Shown: positions 13,014 to 25,359 of the stretch, in pieces | How the letters are laid out: every line of letters begins with the position of its first letter | Position numbering within the stretch: position 1 is the first letter of the stretch | The notes under the pieces: model-generated | Database searches by the model: none | What the model was told of the DNA's origin: nothing | The model's input: only the letters and a program-made list of their open reading frames with translations | Translations under genes and position numbers: made by a program | From: Polymyxa betae A26-41 | Lineage: Eukaryota; Protista; Endomyxa: Phytomyxea | Assembly: GCA_003693705.1 (NCBI GenBank) | Contig: RBZT01000633.1 | Location: 207,280 to 271,279 of the forward strand | Length of the DNA: 64,000 bases | Direction of reading: 5' to 3'

Positions 13014-14449
13014 ATGATCTCTCCACGATTGTTGAATGCCTCGCAGCCGCAATCCAGGCGTCGCGAAATCGTCCTCGAACTGTTATCTACAGAGAGGAAC
13101 TATCTTTCTTGGTAGCCTTCTGTCATCTTCGCATCTCTCCTAGCTCATCGAAGCGTTGTAGTTTAAACGCTTTCTTCTCGACATACGTTTGGCATTTGTC
13201 AACTCAAAAATTCGTTCCAATGCCGACTCAGTATATACAATTGGTTCAGAATTTGGAGGTCAACTTGTCGCCTTTACTTCTTATCTCCATGAATTTTAAC
13301 CTTCATTAGGTAATTAAGCAGCTTCATTCACAGTTTTATGATGAACTTCTGTCCCATATAAGCATTGAGAGCTGGGAGTCGGATTCCGAAGTCTCACCCC
13401 TTTTCAAGAGATTTTCGCCTTTCTTTCGGATATATGGCGATGTGATTCATCAAGTCGAGGTTGTAGGGAATTTAGTGCAGGATTTAGCTGTAGAAAATCC
13501 TGCTTTGGATGACATCCTTCAGTGTTGTCGGCAGGATCCGCGCTGCAACAAGCATACATTTCAAAGCTTCTTAATTATGCCAGCTCAGGTTTGAACCTCT
13601 CAAAGTTGGAATGATATAATTTTTTAATGTCAACCGAAACAGCGAATCCCACGTTATATATTATTACTGAAGAATCTACTCCACCATACCCCATTAGACC
13701 ATGTTGAAAGACAATCACTCCAGGAAGTGACAGAGCTTTTAGATTTGATTCTGCAACAAGTAATCTTGCATTGTTTTCTCCGTTCATACCAATGAGCTTA
13801 AATTTTTTAGATCAATCAGGAAGCCTTGAACGAATGCAATCGGAAAATTCTTGCGAGGATTCACAAAAAGGTCAGATAATAATAGCAATTGTTTATTCTC
13901 ACTATTCTTAGCTGCTTGTTGCCTTTTAGATGCCAAAATCTTTCAATGTTTTCTTACCCAGGCGTAAATTTTTGATGAAGACGAGAATGCAGTTAATGAA
14001 CCAAGACCAGTCAATTCAGCCTGTAAAGCTTGTTCTGTTCAGCGATGCACTTCTGATCGTCAAGAATTTCATTGGACATTATCGCATCGTGAAGAAGTTT
14101 GATTTTTCATGTTCTTCATCGTTAACAGGTTCGCGGCTACTTATTGACATGACGGATTACTAAATCTTTATTCAGTGAGAGATGGTGACGATTTTCCAGC
14201 GACATGCAAAGGAGCCGATGAAAATACGGATTCAAACAGAATCATATTTTGTGAAGGAGATGGCCAAAGATATATTCTCCAATGTGCTAACTATGCAATG
14301 AAGCGGAAGTGGTTGGACACGATTATGCAATGCATTAATGGTTGCGTTAACAACTGCATCAGCAGTCAAGAACGCGATAGAAGGTGAGAACATGTAAGAC
14401 GTATTTAGCCTAATTAACAAACATGTTCAGAGCATCATGCACGTTGTAA
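13014..14449 (+). CDS. DH-PH RhoGEF, multi-exon
   Basis: RREIVLELLSTERNYL; FLIMPAQ spliced to RIPRYILLLK; PH-like LVLFSDALLIVK...KRKWLDTI. Confidence 0.88.
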
Positions 14450-14571
14450 AGGTATAAAGCTTGATAACAACATTTGTCTTCTTTAACCAGCGCGGTATAT
14501 TTATCCAGTTCCAAGTTAATATTGTTATATACATTGTAAGGAAGTGAATCAATAAATATAAGCAGCCTTTT

Positions 14572-16507
14572 TCAAGGCCGATTCCTATTCGGGCATGGTG
14601 ACGCCATCGGTAGAGGACACTTGTATCCAGCTTAGACGTTCATCAGATAAAAAATCGATAGAAAACTTACCTTTAACTGGCTACGACTTGGTTTCTTGGC
14701 AGAAAATGATATTTTTTTCACAGCACTTTCCAATGGAGCGCCTACGAAACAATCAATCGAAAATCATCTGTCCAATAAGAGAAGACCTGGATGCAATTTT
14801 ACTGGCAGTCGTGCTGGAGTTTGCTGCAGCCAAATGTCAAAATCGATTCATCAACGTAGATGGTACCAAACCGTAAAAGGAGGCAGAAGGGGCCTTGACA
14901 TTACAGGTGTTGGGGGGACCAGACCCATCCGATTGATATCAGGAGAACTGGTTTGGGAAGAGTGATTGGTCTCTGGATTTTGACGCTCGTCTGAACTACG
15001 TAGCTGGGAAATAATAAGAATATAAACACTGCAAACGAATAATTCCACCAACTTCAGTTTTCAAGCCAGCAATTGAAGCCTTTATAATATCAATCTCTGT
15101 GGATAATTTCGGCAAGATATCCCGAAGGTGTTGCAATTGTGAATATTGCAATGATACTTGACGTGCTACTTTGTTCTCGTTTTGAAAATCAATGGCCTAA
15201 TGAAAGCAACATCAAGATGAGAAAAAACTTGAAAAAGTTCTTACCGATGCGTTCTCACTCGAAATCAGCAAATCTGAAGAGGACAGCTTCGGGAAAAAAT
15301 TGACGAAATCGTCAATGATTTCCTGTAAGTTGACATCTTTCTGAGAGGTCAATTTCTCTTTAGATTCCTCACAATAGACCCTTGTAATAAGATTGGCACT
15401 TCCCACTTTCTCGGAAAGAACAGTTTCAACCAAATCTTGAGCATTTATAAGATCAGGGAAACGCAATAAAATGAATTAAACCTACCACAGCCTGCTTTGG
15501 AGCCAGAGTGTAGTTCATGTAACTGCTCCCAAACAATGCCAAGACGTTCAACTTTTTCGCTTCTTTCTACATTGGCAAACTCAGAAAATGCCTCCTTGTT
15601 GCATATATCCTGATTGAAAGACTTCTCTGCTTCTCGCGCATGATCCTGAGAAGCACGTTTAGTCGGGAAAGTAATCTAATAAGAGCAAAACCAACCAGCG
15701 CTTGAACTGTGACACGATAGCTTTGTGCTAAACTGTCGATTTTACGCTGATATTTTTGTGACCGAAGAGAAGTTTGACGAACAGATTCAAGCAGTTTGCC
15801 ATTTTCTTGTAAGAATCGGCCCTGTATGCAGACTTGAGTACTAACAGCACGTTAAAACTTAACGAACCTCTAACGCTCCAACATGAGCATTGAGAAGAGA
15901 TAAAGGCATCTTAGACGAATCAGGAACACCAAACGCAAATTTCGTATAGAATTCTGGAAAATCTCTTTGGAACACTTGATGCAAAACATATTCTGAAAAC
16001 CGCCAAACGAGATTTATCAATCTGCTCTATCAATTGGTTTTCAACACAGAGAAAACGCATGCTCAGCTAACCTGGTTCCAAATCCACAGCTCAGATACGA
16101 ACGTTGCACAGTTCCACGTGGAATGTCGCCTTTCCTTTCCAAATCGCTCAAAAACTTCAAAGTTGTAGCTCGAAACTCCTGGTCTTGTCTTTGGTCGAGA
16201 ATCGGCCATATGCCTGCAAAATTCTAAGGCGGCGTCACCAAACATAAAAGGCAATTACAAACGCCAATACCTTTGTTGCTTGAGTTGGATCCAATCGATG
16301 GAACAAGAAGAATAAAACCATATTCTGAGCCTTAAAGTTACTCCCATGTAAGAACATGCCAGGTCCAAGCTCAAATGTTGTCCGAGCCATAGCCGAATTG
16401 ATGATTTCTGAGACTTGTAGACCAAGCAGGCATAGATTTCTCCATAGAACCTGAGATGGCTCCAAGAACTGTTCAATCAACTGGTCTGGCTGTCCGACAT
16501 CTGCCAT
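14572..16507 (-). CDS. Augmin complex subunit 6 (HAUS6-like), multi-exon; 3' end approximate
   Basis: LWRNLCLLGL...GMFLHGSNFKAQNMVLFFLFHRLD spliced to FAGIWPILDQRQDQEFR, matching the HAUS6 N-terminal pattern. Confidence 0.75.
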
Positions 16508-16688
16508 ATGTCAATGAGCACCTATTAGTCTACACAGCTGTTAATAATGGCATGTAGCATAACAGGTTACGCGGATACATTACAAGTCGATTGAATTCCA
16601 AAGGGGGTGGTTAATGATAATAATCGTTGGATAATCACAAAGCGAATGTTGGAGTCGGAGTGCGCACCCAAAATCAGCTCGCGATCAA

Positions 16689-18490
16689 ATGGAGCCGCCA
16701 GGCAACCCATCGGATTCGATGACGGATATCACAGCTTTGCTGAGGTCTGCTGTTAGTGACCTGGAGATTGGCCAAATGGTTCATGGGCCAAAGTTCTCCT
16801 TATTTGAGGTGATTTAGAATTACGTGCTTTTGTGGTTTGCTTTATCAAGATGATAGGCAATGTCAGCTCTGGAAATGTTTGATCCCAAAATGGATCCACG
16901 TTTGGGTTTTAATCCTGAACATACAGAGCCTGATTGTGAATACCAATGGTTAACGGAATCGGATGCCATTCAAGCCATGGATCGATTATTACAATGTGAA
17001 TCGTATTTCTATTCAGGTCGCAATTCCGCCATGTAATTACAATTGCTTATTCTAATGCCATTCGTAGGCACAACTCTACTGCATTCAGTCCTACTTTGCG
17101 CCTGGCTTCATGATTGTAATCAGTTGATGCTTCCAACGGAGCATCTACCTACCATTGCTGTTAGAGCCTATTCTCTTGCCGTTCTTCGATGTATCAACAG
17201 GATTGTTGATGCTTTGTATACCTCAGACGTAGTTTACGAAGAAGATATCACCTTGGAACGATTCGGGTCCTAGTTTTCTGTCGATCTGTGTCTCTTAGAT
17301 TAACGGACAGATTTAGGTTTTCCCTTGGGGAATCGATACCATCAAGCTATATTCTCGAGAGCATTGATCGGGCCATTAGTTTATTCCCAGAACAATCACC
17401 AGTTTGGTTGAGGCTGCAGTACCGTCGTCATTTGCTACACGCTTTCGAATATTTCTTTGGCAATAACTCGGCGAATTTTCGGCATGCGTTCTCTTATCTC
17501 GGCAGCTGTATCGAATCTGTAGATAAGCTGAATCTACCTGAAGATGAATGTTGCCCCAAAATTTCTTATTTTGACCTCTCTGTTCCTTGTAATTATCTTG
17601 CATCGTGCCCTCCGCGTTTAATCAAGCTAAAGTCCCCAAAACAGTCATTACTGCAGCAAAAAGATTTGTTTGAACAGCTGATGTGTCTTTCATATTTTCC
17701 CGCCGATTCTACTGCTGATCAATTGCTGCAGTTCTCAAGTGCATTTGCTACCTGCCTTCCAGCAAACATTATCCCCAGAGCATGCTTATATTTACTCAGT
17801 TTATCTGTATCTAACATTCAGCCTTCGTATCGCCTGTTTTTACGCTGTCTGTCAATGAACAGATCGCGAGCTCATCGTTTCACATCGAAACTATTCGCTG
17901 CCTGTCTAACGCTTCCTTCTCCTGATTTCGCCTTGATGGTTCTTATCCATCATGTTGAAGCAATGCTGGAACTTGAGTTGCTTTCACCGCAAGAATACTC
18001 CTCTGTCTTCTTTATTTTGGATGCGTTATATTCATCTCTGACGGCAGCGACGATGACTCGTTTTATGCGAGGCTGTATGCTTCTCGCTAAGGGGTTGTTG
18101 CTTTCATATCTATCCTTTTCATTGTGTGCCTCTCAAGAGCAAACCCCATTGATTGACCAGGAATATATTTTTTCGCACAGGTTCAGTCTTGTTTACAGGC
18201 ATCTGGAGAACTTTCCAACATGCGCGAAATTTCAAAGTACTGTCTCGTTCATTCGCAGTCAAGAGCTTCGTTCGACGATAGAACGAGCATCAAAGTATTT
18301 CGAAGATGCCAAATCATGTTTTTCTGATGGTCATTTCGTCATGCCGAATCAGGAAAAACGCGCTAGGAGACTTGCAACCATTGCTGGATGTAACTGTGCT
18401 AGTGTCAAGTCATTATCTAGCAGAATGGGACAAGCTATTTCAGTTCGTTGGATTGGTGACCACACATACCCTATTATCAGGTGGGCTTGA
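16689..18490 (+). CDS. NAA35: NatC auxiliary subunit (MAK10/NAA35), multi-exon
   Basis: DITALL...[44 protein letters not shown]. Confidence 0.9.
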
Positions 18491-18970
18491 TCGGAAATAC
18501 ATCAATGTTATAACGATTCTTGAATCCTCGAAAACTTTAGCACGCATCAGGAAAATATGTTCGCTGTTTTTATCGATCACAATCTGAACTGTTTAGACTC
18601 GGGGCTCAGATACCTAAGAGTGCATTTTTATTGAACTCCAACAAAGGAAACTTGCGTCTTTTCGCAATGCAGAAGCATGATGTCTTCGCTGCTGAATTGC
18701 GATCAACGATCACGCTATGTATTCTGGCTTTGCGCATACAATGATAATTGCAAACTGTCCATTTTGACTCGTAAAGCATTTCGAGATGGATGGGTAAGCA
18801 GCTTTATAAATAAAAGCTTCCCCATGCTAAATTTCGCGATCCAGAAGCTTGACAATGTTGCTTGTTTGCGCATTGTTTGGGGATGTATCATTACGGGTTT
18901 TGGCATGGTGTATTGCTTAAGTGAGACTACTCCTCGTACACTACCGTATATATAATGATATCACATCATC

Positions 18971-20641
18971 ATGATATACTATTTAATTGATCGTAGAACC
19001 ATTGCTTCTGCCATTATCGCAGCTACTTTCGCCATCTGTCTCACAGCAGTCATCGGTTTCGTATGCTATGACCATTATCAGACGAAACCCAATCATGGCA
19101 AGACCAACCGGCAACCACCCGTACAGGCACCTACCAATTCCAGCATTAGTCATATGGCAGATTCTGAGAGTAAATCCAAGCCCGTCGTTTCAAACATTGT
19201 TCTTGGAGATGATCCAATCCAAACCAATATCAACGATCAAGAATATGAATCGAATCCGGAACAAGTGGAAACAAAAGTTGACGAGTACTGCATGCCTATA
19301 CATACATTTAAAGGCAACAATTACCATGATAAACGTACCCGAATCGTTTATGGTGATCACCCGGTTCCTGAAGAAGACTATGACAAAATGTCGTTTATCG
19401 ACATCGAAATCGATTCCGGCTCAAAAGCGGAATACCGTCAGAATATACCTGCAGATGGATCTTGCAATAATAATCAGCCAAATCGATGTCAGAGATCGGC
19501 CATTCCAGGCTGCGAAACTGATATTTCAGAAACAGTTAATAGCTGTCCGAGGTCGTCATATCAGCATGATATGGCAGCTGATTCCAATCCAAATTCTGCT
19601 GAAGAACAGATCAAAAGTCCTCAGAAGCCATCTCGCCCATCTGAAGCAGATTTACAACGTTATGCAGTCAGCATGATCAAGCGCTGCAAGCACAGCTTGA
19701 AGTTGTTTTACCGATCAGGACGGTACGAACCTGTTGACGATGAAAGTTCATGGCAAGTTTTTGAGCATTTCGCCTCCTCGTCGAAATACTATATGCAAGT
19801 CGTTGCGTACCGACTAAAAAATCAAGAGCTTGAGCATATGGAACAATTTCGGCGAATCTGTAGAAGTTATGAGAAAAGGGATGAGGATAACCCTGAAAGA
19901 AAGACATTTGTTCTACATTCGGACGGAATTCGTGAATTTCTGGATTCTTTTCAAAAATATAAGCAATGGCGAGATGGCAAATCTACTGATTGTCTGCAAT
20001 ATGCCGATCGGATTAAAGCTAAGAGGTACGATGACTTTTTGAACTTAGCAGCAATATGCATTGCAAAACATCTCGATCATATTATCGAAGTTGGGGAGAG
20101 AAGCGGCAATTTTACTATAAGGCATTATCAAAGGTTTTGGAACTTCTCCAAATTTGCCAGAGTGTATGCTATGCTACCAGATCTTCCGGAGCCACTTCAA
20201 CAAAAACTGAACGAGCTAGAAAACGCTATTCTATCTATTAGGTCCTGCGTGTTCGATCGTGTTAATGGACTGAGAAGTACTATCGGTGACAGCAAATCTT
20301 CGTCTAAGAAAACGTCACTTTCATCAAATAAAGCTTCTAGCGCAAGTGTTGGTTATGAGCCACCCAAAGAACGGAAGTCATCTCAAGACAACTCCTCGCC
20401 CATAAGAACGCCAAATTTGGAAAGGCATTGTATCCAGAACAATGAGAACATGGCAGAGAATGGGTTGATTCATGATCAGCAATTCAAAACCCAATGTAAC
20501 CCGGCTCCAGTATCACCGGAAAGGAAGGTGCTTTCAAGGCTTGATAATCTTCCCAGCGTTATTAAGCCAAACGGCAAACCAGCAAGCAAGTCGACAGCGT
20601 TGAAGATTTTTTTTCGGCGTAAGCGTGCTGGATTGGCATAA
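18971..20641 (+). CDS. Hypothetical intronless 556-aa protein with N-terminal signal anchor
   Basis: Long ORF; hydrophobic TIASAIIAATFAICLTAVIGFVCY; TATA-like TATATAA just upstream; basic C-terminus RRKR. Confidence 0.75.
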   Translation: MIYYLIDRRTIASAIIAATFAICLTAVIGFVCYDHYQTKPNHGKTNRQPPVQAPTNSSISHMADSESKSKPVVSNIVLGDDPIQTNINDQEYESNPEQVETKVDEYCMPIHTFKGNNYHDKRTRIVYGDHPVPEEDYDKMSFIDIEIDSGSKAEYRQNIPADGSCNNNQPNRCQRSAIPGCETDISETVNSCPRSSYQHDMAADSNPNSAEEQIKSPQKPSRPSEADLQRYAVSMIKRCKHSLKLFYRSGRYEPVDDESSWQVFEHFASSSKYYMQVVAYRLKNQELEHMEQFRRICRSYEKRDEDNPERKTFVLHSDGIREFLDSFQKYKQWRDGKSTDCLQYADRIKAKRYDDFLNLAAICIAKHLDHIIEVGERSGNFTIRHYQRFWNFSKFARVYAMLPDLPEPLQQKLNELENAILSIRSCVFDRVNGLRSTIGDSKSSSKKTSLSSNKASSASVGYEPPKERKSSQDNSSPIRTPNLERHCIQNNENMAENGLIHDQQFKTQCNPAPVSPERKVLSRLDNLPSVIKPNGKPASKSTALKIFFRRKRAGLA

Positions 20642-20844
20642 AATTGCCCTAGCATGCAAATATGTTTAGGTAGAGAACAATACAAGACTTAAAAAAACCA
20701 GCTATCGTTATTAGTGTGTTATTCAATCTCCAATAAATAATTATTGATGTTTTTTCAGATACGGGATGTTAGGGTTTTATGGCTTACGTAGAAAACGCTG
20801 GATAAACCCGTTGTTTACTTAAGATCAGCTCCAAAAACTTACTA

Positions 20845-21630
20845 ATGCATAGCCAGAGCAGTGTTGCAAGCATTTCTCCTGCTATATCTCAGGGCAATAA
20901 CTCTTTCTATAAGCTTAGTCGAATACCAATAATAATCGCTTTGACAGCTCTCGCCATCTCCATTATTGTGATTGCCTTTATCACGTCGTCATATTCGCCA
21001 TATCAAGACTCTGCATCTTCTTCAGACTGGAATAAATCCAACCACCTCCAAAACCAGACCGTCGAGAATCAATACCATCCGATCACAATTGTTGGAAACG
21101 GCACGGATCCTTCAAATAGAACAGAAATCCCATCTTTCTCTTCTAAGCAAGCTGTCTTAATGACATCTCTGAATAATTTTCAGCTAGCATTTGATTTATT
21201 GGCAAATTCGATCAATGAAATGTCAGTTTCTTCATTAATTCGAGCATTTACAGAGTTTCGTCGTTGCTGGGAAACTTCTATCTCCACTTCGTATATCGAT
21301 GATCAATTCCGTCTCATTCAAGCTGCTATAATTGAGCTATTGCGACCTGCGCACGACGAGCTTATCAAGCTGAAAGAAAGGGCAAGAAAGTTACCACCTC
21401 CAGGCGAGAACATAGGCAGCTGGGAGCGATTTAACAAACACTTTAGACGATGTGCAGATAGTGGAGTTGTACAATTCATGAAACCAGTAATAGCGATCAT
21501 ACAGGGACCTAATCCATATAAGTTATGGGCTCTTATTGATGAAATCTGCATAATATATCGAGAGCAAATAACGCCAACCCATTCTGTCGAGTTTCTTCAA
21601 GAATGCATCTCCAAGCAGGTGGCCATGTGA
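20845..21630 (+). CDS. Hypothetical intronless 261-aa type II membrane protein
   Basis: TM segment IPIIIALTALAISIIVIAFI, then N-glycosylation sequons (NKS, NQT, NGT, NRT) and a helical domain. Confidence 0.7.
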   Translation: MHSQSSVASISPAISQGNNSFYKLSRIPIIIALTALAISIIVIAFITSSYSPYQDSASSSDWNKSNHLQNQTVENQYHPITIVGNGTDPSNRTEIPSFSSKQAVLMTSLNNFQLAFDLLANSINEMSVSSLIRAFTEFRRCWETSISTSYIDDQFRLIQAAIIELLRPAHDELIKLKERARKLPPPGENIGSWERFNKHFRRCADSGVVQFMKPVIAIIQGPNPYKLWALIDEICIIYREQITPTHSVEFLQECISKQVAM

Positions 21631-22026
21631 TTTGTTGCTTTATTTCTAGCATCTGCATCTCTATGACAAGTTCGTTATCGTTAACTTGCATTATTGAGTA
21701 TGGGTAGTTCTTAACATGGCAGTACCTAACACCGTGGTTTCAATACAGAAGTGATTCGTATTGGAATGTAAGTAAATGTTAAAAGTGTTTTGGAACTTTA
21801 CCAACACCATTGCTTTTCCTGATTATGAGATCATACTGACTGTAAACTATGGTATTAATAAAATATTTAAGCGTTCAAGTATTCATCCAATGAAATTTTC
21901 AAAAGTAAAACACTTCAGATTATATGTATTCGAGCATGCTATCTGAGCGCAGAGAAACTTGATGCAACATTAAGAAGCAATCACCGATTAATTTCACAGT
22001 CGGCGTTCCTGATTGTCTGTGACAGA

Positions 22027-22713
22027 TGATGTTAGGCACCATCACACGTGAAGCCATGCAACAAATAGTTTTTCAATGCAGAAAAAGACGGGTGTTCCGT
22101 TTATCGAGCCTTTTATGATCGGTCATTATCTGAAATAGATATTACCAGGAACACTTTTCGTTAAAGATGGAAATCCTATTAAGACGGCGTTTCAACTTGG
22201 CCGAGAGCTCAAGGAGGCTTGTCGCTTCCATTACGAGCTTATGAGAATGGCAAACAAGTTGTCGGTCTGTACATTTGATTAGACGAGACTAAGCCGAAGT
22301 TACTGAAACGATGAAACGATTGAATAAGATCCAAGTATAATTTGATGCTAGAAGTGACCAGATAGTATCGGCGAATGATCGTCTCTGCCATATTCCAGCC
22401 TATAACGATGCAAGGAATGCCAAAAGTTTGATGACGGTTAAGAAAGCTGTTGCGGTCGTTGGAACAAAAATTAGTGTTGATGTCGAGAATGATCCATAAA
22501 GTACGACTGACCAGAGAATTCTACAGAGAATTAGCAGCGTACATAGAGCATCATCGTCGCTACTGTCAGCTCAGTACAAATCCAGCCACTTCAGAAGACG
22601 TTGTCACATCCTCTGTACAGGATGATGATATCAGCAATGCACCATTCATCGACGTCATCAACAGATGTAATAACCCAAGTAGCATTTCGTTTGAACGTGA
22701 TGTACTAAACTGA
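22027..22713 (+). CDS. Possible spliced hypothetical or decayed gene
   Basis: Protein-like fragments (FVKDGNPIKTAFQLGRELKEACRFHYEL; ORF 22450-22713) but no complete model could be built. Confidence 0.25.
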
Positions 22714-23579
22714 AATTTACCATCTTTTGATACAAAGAGACAAACTGAAAACCCTAAATAACGGCTGATAATGGATGTCACTGTCTTTAGTATTCACAGA
22801 TTGCTCTGACACCTTGAGGGATGCGATTTTACAAGATTCAGCGGTACCTGGCAATTAACGGCTTTCAATCGCAATTGATATCTGTCTAGATCAACAACGA
22901 ATGGCAACCGGATGATCACCATAACGGCATAACCCTTAGCAGATCACTGAATTACAACCAATGAACCTGTGACGAATCGTGATGGGCACCGCCACTCATT
23001 GAGCCATGAGACTAGCGGCGGCCTCTTCGTTCAAATTCTTCGTTCAAAGGAAGACGGGGGTCGCTCCGTCAAAGAAAGCCTCCTGTCAGTCCAACTGTCA
23101 TTTGTATTGTTAAAAGATAAGATGAGCCACTTGTTTGGGTTCTTATTGGCTCTTTAGATGTTTGGAGAGCTGGGTTAACGTTCCCTTTCTTCTAGTGATT
23201 ATTAGGACATTGCGTTTTCGAAGTCAGTTTGGTTCTTGAGCTGTCGGTACCTTAATCATAACACGAGCCATCACATTTAGTTAGAGACCACAACGTAGCG
23301 GTTTGAATCCTGCCTGCAAGCGGAGCATGGCGACAAATCGTCTAACATAGATGTCGACATTCTCAATTTCAACACTGCTCAATGACTAAGCCTATGCTCT
23401 GCACTGAGAGCTGCATATATAAATCCAAATAAACATTTCATGCCTTGTGAATGATTCAGCGCAACCCATTCTGATATGTAATAAATCAAATGTAAGGAGA
23501 TGGCAACCGATTATGGGTTGCTTGTGTATAAACAAGGATTTATGACACACACAGAACCAACTTAATCTTCATCTCGTTC

Positions 23580-24377
23580 ATGGACAATCACCGTCATGCG
23601 GTAAACATTCCCGAGGTCGTACCCGACCACGATGACGAATTTCTCCGTGTGACTCATTCAGTAGGCTTCCCATCAGCATTCTCTGTCATGACCAAAGGCG
23701 AGCCCAGCTCTAACGACACTCGGACGAGACTGAAATCGAATAGCTGGCGAGATGAAGAGGTCCTGTATCTGAGTGAGCTTGGTGCTGACCCAGATCTGCG
23801 TAAAGATTGGGATCTAATTGCACAGAAGATGAGCGCGAAATTTGGTACCAGTTATCGTACCAAGTATTTTCCAGCTACTATCAAACAGAGATGGTTCAAG
23901 CTTAATCCTCAGAAACCTAGACCTTCACATCGTGATCCATATCTTGATTTTGTACAATCAGAGAACATACAGAATCATGAATCTATCATCACTCGAACAC
24001 CTTACCATAGAGAAGAGCTCTCCTATCTAGCTGAGCTTATCCGAGATTTTGGACTCAGAGATTGGTCTCGTGTTGCACAACGTATGCAGCTGAAATTTGG
24101 TGACAAATATCGTCGTTATGCGCCAATGTCACTCTCCATGAAATGGGCTCGACTTCGTGCTAAGAATCAATTACCTCTGCCTCCCGTAAGTTATATTTCA
24201 CAGTCTTCTTCAATCTCAGTTCCAGTCTTGCTTCTTGCAATGTGCTTGTTTTGTTTTTGGCATTGTGCTTTCGCATTTTGGCTCGTTAATTGACGGCGGC
24301 ACCTATAGCAATCAGAAATTGAAGGTTCTGCTGCGGAGATGGCTGTAGAGATAACAAAACCAGAGCCCGGTGCTTGA
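23580..24377 (+). CDS. Two-repeat Myb/SANT-domain protein, 2 exons
   Basis: Repeats WRDEE..DWDLIA..IKQRWFKL and YHREE..DWSRVA..LSMKWARL; GTAAG donor at 24186 and TAG acceptor at 24308 give a last exon QSEIEGSAAEMAVEITKPEPGA*. Confidence 0.75.
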
Positions 24378-25359
24378 AATCTCATACAGTGATAATCCTC
24401 AACAACCAACTGGCGATACTCCGGTTGAAGACGCCGGTTAACTTCTTCAAACACCACCATTATCTTACCAATTTGAACGTTGTATGATTACCCATTTAGC
24501 AATGTTCTTCTTTCAATCTGTAGTCGCAAAATAAAGCCGGCTATCGATAGTTTTTAGGCCTATTACGACTGTGCCTCTGTTTTTTTCAATGTCTCAGGAA
24601 ACCTTTTTTGACACAGATCTGATAGTGAAATGATCTATTAGCAGTTTGCGACACTGGAAAGCCAGATTTTGATTACAGTCCTGCAATACTTCCCAAAATG
24701 AAATTGTGTTTTGGGTACCGCCGCCAACGTCAAAGATCGGTGTCACAGGTAGTCGCTGAAAGCTTCCAAGTTCCATGATTTGAAAGTTTCTGCTCGGTTG
24801 GTTGCGGAATCAGTAGACATTCCTTGCTGACCACGCGGTGAAGTCGATCATTAGCTGAGAGAGCTGGAATAAGATAGCGATCTATTGATGAAGAGGAATA
24901 GTGAATGATTAGCAAAGTGAGTTATGTTACAGACGAGTCTCTTGGGACCCACCTCATATTTTTGTCATAATTCATAACAACACTCTCTAGACTTTCATCT
25001 TGTCGTAATGCTGGAGACCAATTCAGACCCAGCATCAATCGCTAAGCTATTCTCCAGAAGGCGCTACGATTCATTGGCAAAACGTATTCCGCTTCTCTAT
25101 GTAATCCTTAAACAAACATTAGAAGCAATGCAGTGCAAGTTTCTCCAGACTGGGCCTCCATCTTTTTCTACCTTTGCTTTCGGCTATTAAAGAAATGAAT
25201 CCTGTTTAGAAAACACTGTCTGGTTTATTGGCAGTAGACGTATTCCTAGCTGGACACAATCTGGCCAAAACCTATATCTAACTCAGCGCCTGTTTTTAGT
25301 ACTTTCTGATCCCTCGATCGAGTTGTACATATCGAGTCAGCTGATGTCACCGGCGTCTA

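Noticed and set aside
18987-19676. 229-aa alternative-frame ORF inside the 556-aa gene
   Set aside because: Non-ATG start and composition typical of an off-frame shadow; no independent support
24186-24293. Hydrophobic tail suggesting a membrane-tethered Myb factor, or an 18-nt micro-intron at 24186-24203
   Set aside because: Better explained as translation of a T-rich 123-nt intron (24186-24308) followed by a normal in-frame last exon
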